DNA from: Heterodontus francisci
Lineage: Eukaryota
Direction: 5' to 3'
NCBI RefSeq assembly: GCF_036365525.1
Contig: NC_090380.1
Location: forward strand, 60,478,712-60,542,711
DNA: 64,000 nucleotides
Shown piece by piece: positions 25,510 to 37,838 of this stretch. The notes below the pieces were generated by a model. The model did no database searches. It was given only the letters and a program-made list of their open reading frames with translations, and was not told where the DNA came from. Positions within the stretch are counted from its first letter, which is position 1. Each line of letters opens with the position of its first letter. A program made the position numbers and the translations under genes.

Positions 25510-25605
25510 CTGCTGTGGTGGGATTCGAACTCATGTCCCCAGATCAATATCCTGGGTCTCTGGGTTACTAGTCCAGTGATAATACCACTAGGCCACCGCC
25601 TCCCC
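25510..25605 (-). promoter_or_regulatory. tRNA-derived type 2 Pol III promoter at the 5' end of LINE-B
   Basis: A box TGGCCTAGTGG (25595-25585), B box GTTCGAATC (25530-25522), anticodon-like arm CTGGA-CTAGTAA-CCCAG, long variable-arm stem CCCAG..CTGGG (tRNA-Ser-like layout). Confidence 0.85.
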
Positions 25606-25937
25606 AACTATCTATACTGTGCTTCATCTGCCACTGGTTCTATCACTTAGAAAAAGAAATAACTCCATTTATGCATACCTCTGAATGGCTGTGAAGCACT
25701 GTAAGGCAATAAAGTACTTTTCAAATGTAGTCACTGTTGTAATGTCGGAAAATGTGGCAGAGAATTTGCATACCATAACGTCCTAAATTTCCTTTGTTCA
25801 TTAAAGCATAGACAAATGCTGTACATAAATAACGGACAAAAAACTGATTTAAACAATGCAGTGAATGCCAAATGTGCATTACAAATATGCCTCAACAGAG
25901 CTTTCAAGACAGGGTGTAAGACATAACATTTTATCCT

Positions 25938-27010
25938 TGTTACGACCGACCGTTCCAGTCAAAGCCCCCAATCAAAATATATGATTCTGATTGTGGTGGG
26001 AGAAACGCACTGTTCATTCAATCCCATCGCTCCACAGATCACCTAACATATCATTTTAAACTTTCCAAATTAAAGAAAGACCCAGCCAAATTGTACCATC
26101 TATTAACCCCCAAATGAGGCTAACCAAACCAGGTGTCTTTAAATCAACAAATTAACTCTTTAATTAGAAGAACTAAATTCTTAAACACTATGAAGATATA
26201 AACAACATTTAAAATAGAAAAAATTAGAGTCCTTGCAAATTTACAATCCAATGCTGCTTGAAGTCTTCACAGCCGTCCAATGTGGGGGAAAAAAAGGTTC
26301 TTCCACAGTAGAACAGTCCGTAGTCTAACTCCAACAGTAGGTGATGCTTTCCTTCCCCACAGAATTTCAACAATTAATGACTTGCAAATACTTTCAATAG
26401 AATCAATCTGACTTTAGAGTTTTTGAGGGATAAAAGATTGTCACAGTCTAACTTCCCTTCCTTCAGTTCAAATTACCAGAGATCTCTGTTTTTGGCTTCC
26501 GAAGAAGGGTCACTGACCCGAAACGTTAACTCTGCTTCTCTTTCCACAGATGCTGCCAGAAATGCTGAGTGAATCCAGCATTTCTTGTTTTTGTTTCTGT
26601 TTTTGGCTTGCCTTTTTTAGAATTTTGAGAGATAATAATTAAACAGACTAAAATCCTATTGCTTCAGTTTAAATCGTTGAAAGCTCTTTTTTCAGGTGCT
26701 AAACATCATAGCTGTCTGTCTGTCCTCTGTGTCTGTGTTCTGTTAGAACAAACTGTCTTCAACTAAAAAGCCAGTTAAAAAATTAAATTGTAACAATTTT
26801 ATCGCTTAATACTCACTCCCAGTGGCTATATCTATGGTAACGAGAATGCACCCTTTGAATCGCAGTCTCCAGATGGCTGTTTCTAAGGCAACAAAAATGC
26901 ACCTTTCTATAACTCCTGAGGCTTGCTGGTTCTTAAAGCAATACTGATCCTTTGCAAGCCTTAAAGGCAAACCGCATCTTCCCAGAAAAAAAAACTACAG
27001 GACCATGACA
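25938..27010 (-). mobile_element. Solo LTR (Gypsy-like)
   Basis: TGTTACGACC...CCATGACA are the reverse complement of the termini of 37956-38866; near-perfect 4-bp TSD TCCT/CCCT. Confidence 0.75.
26499..26595 (+). mobile_element. Penelope-like pLTR fragment starting at the hammerhead core
   Basis: CCGAAGAAGGGTCACTGACCCGAAACGTTAACTCTG..; 14-bp TSD TCTGTTTTTGGCTT at 26485-26498 and 26596-26609. Confidence 0.85.
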
Positions 27011-28497
27011 CCCTTGACTGATTACTCCATGATTTGAACATGAGAATTAGAATAAATAAGGAGACAACACACAAAGCTCAAATTAAACACTAACAACTTT
27101 ACTAGGTTCAGTAGGAATACTAGTTAATACAAAAACACCCATTAGCAAAACAGCTGTTAACAATACACCCATTAGTCACAAATACATTACAAGGAATCAT
27201 ACATTAAATGATGACCTAGTGAGCGGTCATCTCCCTGCTGAACATTCTCATCAGTAGCTGACCAAGCTACCTGACCTTATCACTGATTCACTATTTGCAA
27301 CAATTTTTATACCTTCCTTTCCAAGGTGGTCAGGAGGCTTCATATACAAGATTATTCTGTCCTATCAAAATCCACCTTAAGCTACAATTGTCCAATGAGG
27401 CATCTAATTCTTTGTTCAAACTACAATATCAGAAATTGCCTTGACGATGAGCATACCTTCACATTTTTTTCAGAAATTTCATGATCTCTGGTGGATGCTA
27501 CAGATGCCTTCGAGATCTTTATCAGTAGAAACAATAGCAGCTTCCTTTCCTTTCCTTTCCACACACATGTTTTAAAACCACTGGACAATTAAACAATCAG
27601 AGTCCCTTAAATTACTAACTTGGAGAATTTCTAGTTTCTAATTTCAAGCAGTTCTGGGTCCAAAAGGCTCAGTTTCAGACTGCACATCGTCAACATATGT
27701 GGCAGCGGTCTGGGCGGGCTGGCTGGGTGACAAGGGCACTGGCAGAGTGGCAATGGTGGCAGCATGAATGTTGTCATCCTGACACAATAGGTTTGTGCTC
27801 CATGGAGCCACTGTCACTCCCCCATAGTAGCACCTCAGCAATCCTAATGATCTATTGGAGGACAGATTGCTAGACAGCTGTGAGACCTTGAAAGCCCCTT
27901 TGAGCACTGGGATCTGCAGCCATGATGGCAGCAATCTGATCCTGCATGACAACAAGCTGAGATATCATGACCTCAGTCTAAGTATTCACTTCAGCACCCA
28001 AATGTTAGGTGGCTTCTGCTTGTGCTGCAATGAAAGCTAAGACATTGGCCATCATATGCTACATTATGATTGAGCCCACAGCGTTCTCATGGAGTTGGCT
28101 GCCACTTCCACACTGGAAGAGATGATCTGCAATCTCTGTGCGAAGCCCAATGCCAAGTTGGTGCCAGGCTCCTCCATGTTCCTTGACTGTGACAACAGGC
28201 TTTCTGGCAGGCCAGCCGATGCATCAGGCATTTCTGTATGCAAACCCATCAGCCTTTTTCTGTACGCCAACCCATCAAAGTCCTCATCTGAGTCCACTGC
28301 AGCAGAACTCATATGCAACCTCATCCTCTAGGAAGCTGGTACCCATGCTATCCTATCCCTCTGCCTTTGCTGCAGGTCACTCATGCCCAGCAAATTACCC
28401 CATTCAGAACCTCTCGACTATAAGCTGTACCAAGATCTGAGCTGGTGGCTGCAAATGTCAGATCAAATGACAGAGTTTTTTCCCATTTAGTCTCTTA

Positions 28498-28746
28498 TGT
28501 TAGGGTCTAAAGTTCTGTTAATGGATGATAAATACCTGGTAGTTCAAGATAATAGGGTGAACGGGTGTTGGATGTCAATTAGTTAATTGTATTCAAGTGT
28601 GTCTATAAAGAAGAGCCAGCCAGCACTGGCTGTGGGTATTGTTTGGATAGCAGAAATAAGCTCTGTGACAAGCAATAAACAATCTCCACCAAAGCATCCT
28701 AGTCTCAGTGTCTTTTTCACAAACAACTTTGGAAGTTTCACTCACA
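28498..28746 (+). mobile_element. Short solo LTR (~250 bp)
   Basis: TGTTAG...CTCACA termini, TATAAA at ~28604, AATAAA at ~28674, 5-bp near-TSD TCTTA/TCTTC. Confidence 0.6.
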
Positions 28747-28808
28747 TCTTCTCCTATTAGGCTTTCAGTCTACAGCAACAATAGCTAGTCATGCAGCAGC
28801 TCTTGGAG

Positions 28809-31313
28809 TTTTTTTTATTCATTCATGGGATGTGAGCATAATTATTGAGGCCATTATTCATTGTCCATCCCTAATTGCCCTTGAGAAGGTGGTGGTGAGC
28901 TGCATTCTTGAACCACTGCAGTCCATGTGGTGTAGGTACACCACCGGTGCTGTTATGGAAGGAGTTCCAGGATTTTGACCCAGTGACAGTGAAGGAACAG
29001 TGATAGAGTTCCAAGTCAGGATGGTATGTGGCTTGGAGGGGAACTTGCAGATGGTGGTGTTTCCATGCATCTGCTGCACTTGTTCTTTTGGTGGTAAAGG
29101 TCACAGGTGTGGAAGGGACTTTCAAAAGTGCCTTCGTGAGCTGCTGAAGTGCATCTTGTAGCAGGTGCACATTGTGCACCAGTGGTGGATAGTGTCTTGT
29201 TCAAGCATCCTGCTTTATCCTGGATGACATTGAGCTTCGTGAGTGTGATTGGAGCTGCACTCATCCAGGCAAGTGGAGAGTACTCCATCGCACTTCTAAC
29301 TTGTGCGTTGTAGATGGTGGATAGGCTTTGGGAAGTCAGGGGGTGAGTTACTTGCCGCAGAATTCGCAGCCTCTAACTTGATCTAATAGCCAAGTATTTA
29401 TATGGCTACTCCAGTTAAGTTTCTGGTCAATGGTAACCCCCAGGATGTTGATGGTAGGAGATTCAGTGTTGGTAATGTTATTGAATGTTATGAGGAAATG
29501 GTTAGATTATCTCTTGTTGAAGATGGTCATTGCCTGGCAACCACAACCATCTTCCTTTGCGCTAGGTATGACTCCAACCAGTGGAGAGTTTTCCCCCTGA
29601 TTCCCATTGATTTCAGTTTTGCTAGGGTTCCTTGATTCCACACTTGGTCAAATGCTGCTTTGATGTCCAAGGCAATCACTCTCACCTCACCTCTGGAATT
29701 CAGCTCTTTTGTCCATATTTGGACCAAGGCTGTAATGAAGTTTGGAGCCAAGTGGCCCTGGTGGAACCCAAACTGAACATCAGTAAGCAGGTTATTGCTG
29801 AGTAGGTGCTGCTTGATAGCACTGTCAATGACACCTTTCATCACTTTTCTGATGATTGAGAGCATACTGACTGATGGAAGAATAATTGGCCAGATTAGAT
29901 TTGTCCTGCTTTTTACGGACAGGGCATAGCTGGGCAATTTTCCATACTGCCAGGTAGATGCCAGTGTTGTAACTATACAGGAACAACTTTGCTAGGGGCC
30001 ACCTAGCTCTAGAGCACAGGTCTTCAGTACTATTGCCGGAATATTGTCAAGGCCATAGCTTTTGCTACATCCAATGCCTTCAGCTGTTTCTTGGTATTAA
30101 GTGGGGGAGTGAACCAAATTGGCTGAAGATTGGCATCTGAGATGCTGGGGTCCTCAGGAGGAGGCCAACTTGTATCATCCAAATAGTACTTCTGGCTGAA
30201 GATGGCTGCAAATGTTTCAGCCTTGTCTTTTGCACCAACCTGCTGGGCTCCCCATCATTGAGGCTGGGGATATTTGTGGACCATCCTCCCCCAGTTAGTT
30301 GTTTAATTATTAACTACCACCATTCATGGCTGGATGTGGTAGTACTGCAGCATTTTGGTCTGGTGCATTGGATGTTGGATTGCTTCACTCTGTCTATCGC
30401 AAGTTGCTTCCGTTGTTTAGCATGAACATAGCCCTGTGTTGTAGCTTCACCATCTTGGCCTCTCATTTTAAGGTATGCCTGGGGCAGCTCCTGACATGCT
30501 CTCCTGGACTCCTCATTGAACCAGGGTTGATTCCCAGGCTTGATGATAATGGTAGAGTGAGGGATATGCCAGGCCATGGGGTTACAGATTGTGGTTGAAT
30601 ATAATTCTGCTGCTACTGATGGTCCACAGCAACTCATGGAAGCCTGGCTTTGAGCTGCTAGACCTGTCCTGAATATTCCATTTAGTATGGTGGTAGTGCC
30701 ACACCGCACAGAGGATACCTTCCAATGTGTTAAGACAGGACTTCGGCTCCACACGGACTGTGCGGTGCTCACTCCTACCAATACTGTCATGGACATGCAT
30801 CAGCAACAGGTAGATTGGTGAGGATGAGATAAAGAAGGTTTTCCCCTCTTCTTGGTTCTTTCACCACCTGCTGCAGGTCCAATCTGGCAGTTATGTCTTC
30901 AGGCCTCAGTCAGATTGGCCAGTAGTGGTGCTATCGAGCCACTCTTGGTGATGCACATTGTAGTCCCCCACCCAGAGTATATTCTGTGCCCTTGCTACCC
31001 TCAGTGCTTCTTCTAAATGGTGTCCAACAGGGAGGAGCACTGATTCATCAGCTGAGGGAGGGCAGTAGGTGGTAATCAGCAGGAGGTTTTCTTCATGTTT
31101 GATCTGATACCAGGAGACTTCATGAGATTCGGAGTCAATGTTGAGGACTCCCAGGGCCTCTCCCTCCCAACTGTATACCACTGTGCCACTAGTTCTGGTG
31201 GGTCTGTCCTGCTGGTGGGACAAGACATACCCAGAGATGGTGATGGAGTAAACCACATTGCTGTGGTTCTGGAGTCACATGTAGGCCAGACTGGGTAAGG
31301 ACAGCAGATTTCC
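28809..31313 (-). mobile_element. Older LINE-B copy (APE+RT, internal deletions) retaining part of the SINE-like 5' UTR
   Basis: WVGDYNVHHQEWL, QFGFHQGH, MEYSPLAW; 31251-31313 matches the 5' UTR body at 22776-22836. Confidence 0.85.
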
Positions 31314-32180
31314 AGTCTCTGAAAGCATAAAGTTACAATGGCAAGATTGGGGTGAGGAGAGTGGAGGGAAGGAAGAGGTGCATGATTACACCATCTGCCA
31401 CTTATAAATCAGAAGAGTTTGTGGGATGAGGGGGAAGTGGGATGTGAGGAGGAGGATTATTTATGAACATATTGCCATCTTCGATGGCTTTAGCCCTGCC
31501 ACTGCTTCAGTTTTTCCTGCACTGTCTCCTCCATTGGGGTGAACACATGCAGCCGTGCCTGGTTAGCTGCTGCTACCGCTTATTATGGGCTATCTTGCCT
31601 GGTAAGAGAGTGATAAGTTTTTCAGTGAGTGGGATGCAATGTTTGAATGATATTCCTGCCACAGTTGAATAGCTGGCAGTGTGTGCAAGCTGTGAAATGT
31701 GAGTGTGCAAATGGCAGCAGTGTTAACTGTGTGAGGGTGAGATGAGGCTATGAAGGTGAAGTATGAGTTGTGGTTGACAGAGGTTGTTGGTAGGTGAGTG
31801 ATGAGGGTTTGGTGCATTGTGCAGTGCTAGAGGCTAGTGTGGGCTTGTTAGGGTACAGTATGCAAAGATTCACTGACCTTGACCACTCACGTGAGGTCAG
31901 TAAACTTCTTTCAGCACTGCAGCCAAGTCCTTGGAGCTAGACAGCTTGCATTGACCACAATGGCTCCCTGCTCCCACTGCCTTCTCAGTACCTGTCTGGA
32001 GGGCCTCCTGGCCCTGGGGCCCCCTGAAGGAAGAAGGCTCCTTAGCACTTCCTGCATCAAGGCCTCCAGCACAGCATCTCAGAACTTTAGGCCACGCTCT
32101 CTGGCCTGTGGTGCCATTTCTTTATGTTCTTGCTGGTCTTCAACTCCATGTAGCCAGTTCCAGCCCCTTCTGCAGCCAGA

Positions 32181-33233
32181 ATTTTTTTTATATTCATTCT
32201 GGGGATGTGGGTGTCGCTGGCTATGGCTGCATTTCTCGCCCATCCTGAATTGCCCTTGAAAAGGTGGTGGTGAGCTGCATTCTTGAACTGCTGCAGTCCT
32301 TGGGGTGTAGGTACACCAACAGTGCTGTTAGGAAGGAAGTTCCAGGATTTTGACCCAGCAACAGTGAATGGCGATCTAGTTCCAAGTAAGGATGGTGTCT
32401 GGCTTGGAGGGGAACTTGCAGGTGGTGGTGTTCCCATGCATCTGCTGCCCTGGTCCTTCTAAATGGGAGAGGTTGCAGGTTTAGAAGATGCTATCTAAGG
32501 TGCCTTGGTGAGTTTCTGTAGCGCACCTTGTAGATGGTACACACTGCCGCCACTGCGTGTCAGCAGTGGCGGGAGTGAATGTTGAAGTGGTGGATGGGGT
32601 GCCCATCAAGCGGGTTGCTTTATCCTGGATGATGTCGAGCTTCTTGAGTGTTGTTGGAGCTGCACCCATCCAGGCAAGTGGAGACTTTTCCATCATACTC
32701 GTGACTTGTGCCTTGTAGGCGGTGGACAGACTTCTGGGAGGTGATTTACTCACCGCAGAATTCCCAGCCTCTGACCTGCTCTTGGAGCCACAGCATTTAT
32801 GAAGCTGGCCCAGTTCAGTTTCTGGTCAATGGTGTCCCCCAGGATGTTGATAGTGTGGGATTTAGCGATGGTAATGCTATTGAACATCAACGAGAGATGG
32901 TTAGATTCTCTCTTGTTTGAGATAGTAATTGCCTGGCACTTGTGTGGCACGAATGTTACTTGCCTCTTATCAGCCCAAGCCTGGATGTTGTCCAGCTCTT
33001 GCTGCATTTGGACACAGGCTGCTTCAGTATCTGAGGAGCCGCAAATGGTGCTGAACATTGTGCAAATCATCAGAAAACATCCGCACTTCTGATCTTATGA
33101 TGGAGGGACGGTCATTGATGAAGCAGCTGATGATGAATGGGCCTAGGACACTACCCTGAGGAACTCTTGCAGTAATGTCCTGGGCTAAGATGATTGACCT
33201 CCAACCGCCACAACCAACTTCCTTTGTGCTAGG
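32181..33233 (-). mobile_element. LINE-B 3' fragment
   Basis: [27 protein letters not shown]; same 3' end as the other copies. Confidence 0.85.
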
Positions 33234-33538
33234 ATTGCATCTCATCTTTAAGAGCTGTAGTCTGGCTTTAGTAGTCCATGCTCACTTTAAGTGGTGCTAA
33301 TCTTACATGATCTTGGGCCCCCTGCCAAGGCGTGCAACCACTGAACATTGCATTCAGCACTGGGCAGCACACCATAATAATTATTAATAGCAGGCAGCAC
33401 AAAGTTTGCATGCTACCTGCATCACTTTGAACAGAAGCAGGTTAATCGCACATTGCAGTCTGATTTTGGAGCTATCGTGTACTGAAATACTAATACTCCA
33501 AAGCATAAAAACAGACATTTAACAAAAAAGGAACTTAA

Positions 33539-33863
33539 GGGCAGCACAGTGGCGCAGTGGTTAGCACTGCAGCCTCACAGCTCCAGGGGCCCAGGTTTGA
33601 TTCTGGGTACTGCCTGTGCAGAGTTTGCAAGTTCTCCCTGTGACCACGTGGGTTTTCGCCAGGTGCTCCGGTTTCCTCCCACAGCCAAAGACTTGCAGAC
33701 TGATAGGTAAATTGGCCATTGTAAATTGCCCCTAGTGTAGGTAGGTGGTAGGGAATATGGGATTACTGTAGGGTTAGTATGAGTGGGTGGTTGTTGGTCG
33801 GCACAGACTCGGTGGGCCGAAGGGCCTCTTTCAGTGCTGTATCTCTAAATAAAAATAAATAAA
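33539..33863 (+). mobile_element. HE1-type V-SINE (tRNA head, V domain, CR1-derived tail)
   Basis: GTGGCGCAGTGGTTAGCAC A box, degenerate B box, V domain GGTGCTCCGGTTTCCTCCCAC, tail GGGCCGAAGGGCCT..CTAAATAAA. Confidence 0.9.
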
Positions 33864-33879
33864 ACAACAGCCAGCCCAA

Positions 33880-35062
33880 AAGGATTTAGAACAAAAATGT
33901 GAGGATATTCACTTCGGTAGGAGGAACAGATGTGCTTAGTGTTTCTTAAACGGTAAGAGATTAGAAAGTGTAAATGTACAAAGGGTGTTCTCTTCAATAA
34001 GTCACTGAAAGCTAACATGTAGGTGCAGCAAGCAATTAGGAAGGCTAATGGTATATTACCCTTTATCACAAGGGAGAGGATTTGAGTACAGGAGTAGCGA
34101 AGTCTTGTTTACAATTATATGTCACTGGACTAGTAACCCAGAGACCCAGGTATTGCTCTGGGGACATGGATTCGAATCCCACCACAGCAGAAGGTGGAAT
34201 TTGAATTCCATTAATAAATCTGGAATTTAAAAAGCTAGTCTAATGATGGCCATGAAACCATTGTCGATTGTTGTAAAAGCCCATCTGGTTCACTAATGTC
34301 CTTTAGGGAAGGAAATCTGCTGTCCTTACCTGGCCTGGCCTACATTTGACTCCAGATCCACTGCAATGTGGTTGTCTCTTACAGTCCCTTGAAATGGCCT
34401 AGCAAGCCACTCAGTTCAAGGGAAAATAGGGATGGGCAATAAATGCTGGCCTGGCCTGCGCTGCCCACATCCCATGAATGAATTTTTAAAAAAGAACCTT
34501 GGTTAGACCACACCTGGAGTACTGTGTGCAGTTTTGGTCCCCTGACCTCAGGAAGGATATTATTGCCATAAAGGGAATGTAACCAAGATTCACCAGACTT
34601 GTTCCCGGGATGGCGGGAATGTCCTATGACGAGAGATTGGGGAAACTGGGCCAGTATTCTCTCGAGTTTCAAAGAATGAGAGATGATCTCATTGAAACCT
34701 GCAAAATGCTTAAAGGGATAGACAGGGTTGATGCAGGTAAGATGTTTGCCCTGTTTGGGGAATCTAGAACCAGGGGACACAATTTCAAAATAAGGAGGAA
34801 GTCACTTAGGACAGAGATGAGGAGAAATTTCTTTACTCTGAGGGTTGTTAATCTTTGGAATTCTCTACCCCAGAGGACTGTGGAAGCTCAGTCATAGAGT
34901 ATGCTTAAAGCAGAGATTGACATATTTCTAAATACCAATGACATAAAGGGATGTGGGGATAATGTGGGAAGAAGACATTGAAGTGGATGATCAGCCATGA
35001 TCGTATTGAATGGCAGAGCAGGTTCGATGGGCTGAAATGGTCTACTCCTGTTCCTATGTTCC
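33880..35062 (+). mobile_element. CR1 3' fragment carrying a LINE-B-derived SINE
   Basis: LEFQRMRDDLIETCK..RVVNLWNSLP; tail CCTGTTCCTATGTTCCT. Confidence 0.88.
34119..34493 (+). mobile_element. SINE composed of the LINE-B 5' end joined to the LINE-B 3' end
   Basis: 34119-34416 matches the reverse complement of 25580-25412 + 22852-22730; 34417-34493 matches the LINE-B 3' terminus (~19901-19830). Confidence 0.9.
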
Positions 35063-37030
35063 TCACAAGGCAGCAAGGTATGATCAAAAGATCCAACAAT
35101 TAACTGAGACAGTAATGACCTCTGCATAAACGACGCTATAAGTCATTCAGGAATCCTTATGAGGTTGGGATGCACTTTCTGTTCAATAGATACAAATGGT
35201 TTCTCAAAAATACCGAGTAGATAGGATTAACTTTTTTAACAAATAGCTAAGGTGCACTATTAATTAAGATTCCCCTCTCCACCAACACAAACTAATATGG
35301 GGATTCCAGACAGTTCCAACAGGAGGGGCTCACCCAAGAAGGACAAACATTCTCCTTGATGGACCATCTTTTATAGCATCCTGGTGGCCATGTCGATAGG
35401 TGTAGAAACTTCTCAAGAGATGTCACAAAGACCTTCCTGTACTTCTATTCGCCACCTATCTCAATGTGTACCAAAATCAGACAGTTCTATCCCTATGACT
35501 CATTCTGTGTTTCCCTTTCTAAATTTATAAACCCCTCTAGCGTGTGAGTATCCGAATGCTGCAAACTTCAAGTCATACTGATAACACAGTGCTGTGGTGA
35601 GACTTGTTGCTAAGATCGACTACTTACTACTCCTGAGGTTCAGATATATCTCTGGAATAAAAGAAGTACTTCTGATGAATATTTGTTGCCTCACAGATTG
35701 CACATGGCTTTTTTTTTTTACCAGACCACAGTTACTACTTTACACCCGTGGAAACACGTTTGCACAGGTAATCTACTAATTGATGCATGTTGAGACGAGA
35801 AGTATAATCATCTTCCGGCTTTGGAATCACCATGAAAAAAGCTTCCCATTTTATGGCCTCCCCGATTACCTCTTCTGGGCTGGTGAGGGGTTTTATGTGC
35901 CATACTTCACTGACAACTTTGGTCCCAGTGGCTCCTGTTCAATACAGATTCCGATAAGAAAAGAAAAAATGTACCTCGAAAGAGCAAGTATTTTGTCATA
36001 TGCATTTTTGACATTAAACTGAATATATTCCACTTACAGATGGTGACTGATTTGCGGTGTGTATAAGTTTTACATTTTATTGCCCCATTTTTGTAACATT
36101 ATGTATTACGTACTAGAATGTAAAGACTGGTAACTGAATTGAGTGCATTGAAATTGTCAAATTGGTGTGTGAATAATGATAGTTACAAATCTTTTTGACA
36201 ATTGTATCGGTTTGCGTCCCTTTTATACCTGCAGTCTATTATTTCCCTGTTGCAATTCCAACGAATGACTGGATCATTTTGAGTTCAGCATAATTAAGCC
36301 ATTGAAGAAAATCTGACTGAAATGTGGAACTTACTTTGTTTGGTTTCCTATAAATGGCAGCCTCCATCTGTGGCTGCCTCAGTTTATTCACATTCATCCA
36401 TATTACTTAAACTTTCTTCCACTTCTGTCGTCAGGTGTGGAACGTGGATAGACACTGGTCAATTATTGCCTCCTAATTATTTGTCAACTCTATACTGTCA
36501 ATGTTACTTTGCCGTCTACTCACACATCCGTTATTTAAAACTTCTTCAGCTTTGTACTTTATGTATTTTCTCTCCCTTGTCTCATGGAATCGCTTTATGT
36601 TGGTTAATTAGATGTTTTGTTGATTCAACGACATTAGATTAGGCAGGTTTGCTGTGGTCATTGTGTATTAATTATTACTTAGTATATAAGGTACAGGAAA
36701 AGGCCATTCGGCCCAACCAGTCCATGCCGGCGTTTATGCACCACTTGAGCCTCCCCCCATCTTTCCTCGTCTAAATTTATCATCCTAACCTTTATTCCCT
36801 TCTTCCTTATAATCTTGCCTAGCTTCCCCTTAAATGCATCTATACTATTTTCTTCAGACACTCCCTGTGGTAGCGAGTTTCACATTCTCACCACTCCTTG
36901 GGTAAAGAAGTTTCTTCTGAATTCTCTCGTGGATTTCTTGGTGACTATCTCATATTGAGAGCCTATAGTTCTGCTCTTACCCACAAGTGGAAGCATCCAC
37001 TCTATCAAAACCACTCAATTTTAAAGACTT

Positions 37031-37709
37031 CTATCTGATTCCAAGGATGGGGGATTTTAGTTGCAAGGTTAGGTTGGAAAAACTGGGGTTGTTTTCCCTG
37101 GAACAGAGGAGATTGAGGGGACATTTAATAGAACTGAACAAGATTATTACAGGCTTAGATAAATTAGACAAGGAAAAACTGTTCCCATTAACTTGCAGGT
37201 TGATAGGTAAATTGGCCATTATAAATTGCCCCTAGTATAGGTAGGTGGTAGGGAATTGAGGGAAGGTGGGAATTGCGGGAGGAATATGGGATTAATGTAG
37301 GATTAGTATAAATGGGTGGTTGATGGTCGGCACAGACTTGGTGGGCCGAAAGGCCTGTTTCAGTGCTGTATCTCTAAATAAATAAATAAATAATGGTACA
37401 AGGACTGAGGGACACAGATTGAAGGTTTTGGGCAACAGATGCAGGGGGAATGTTCTCTGTCCTATCCTGTAAATGAGAAAGAATTTTTTTATGTAGTGGG
37501 TGGTAATGACCTGAAACTTGCTGCCCACAAGGTGGAAGTGGAGACAATCAATGACTTAAAGGAAATTGGATGGCCACTTGAAGGAAATAGATTCATGGGG
37601 CTATGGGGAACAAGGTGGGGAGTGAGACTGACTGAATAGCTCCATGGAGAGCTGGCATGAATTCGATGGGCTGAATGACAGACGTCTGTCCTGTAAATGA
37701 CTCTATGGG
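37031..37709 (+). mobile_element. CR1 3' fragment containing a truncated V-SINE (37191-37392)
   Basis: LEKLGLFSLEQRRLRG; tail TGTAAATGACTCTATG; the insert matches 33691-33860. Confidence 0.8.
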
Positions 37710-37838
37710 TCACCTCTCTGCCGCCTTTTCACAAAATCAAAGAGACCCAGCCTATCAAACCTTTCCTGATATGTATACCCATGCATTTCTGGTGTCATCC
37801 TTTTCAATCTTCCCTGCACCCTCTTAGTGCCTCAATAT

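Larger units (their letters stand above)
19824..25605 (-). mobile_element. Full-length LINE-B: tRNA-derived head + single APE-RT ORF (degenerate), interrupted by a CR1 insertion
   Basis: 5' head 25605-25412 rejoins 22855 across the CR1 insert; ATG at 22716 in frame with APE start KVLFTNIWGL..DIVKLTESYL; WVGDFNVHH; RT QFGFRQGHS, FADDCT; 3' end CCCATGAATGAATAAAAA. Confidence 0.88.
27640..33470 (-). mobile_element. Old PIF/Harbinger-type element remnant (Myb/SANT gene), fragmented by later insertions
   Basis: 32116-31878 (-) reads MAPQARERGLKF*DAVLEALMQEV..QWEQGAIVVNA..PRTWLQC*KKFTDL, a Myb/SANT-like motif; outer limits uncertain. Confidence 0.55.

Noticed and set aside
25510-25605. Functional tRNA gene
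   Set aside because: The acceptor stem is poor, there is no downstream T-run terminator, and it continues into a repeated retroelement body.
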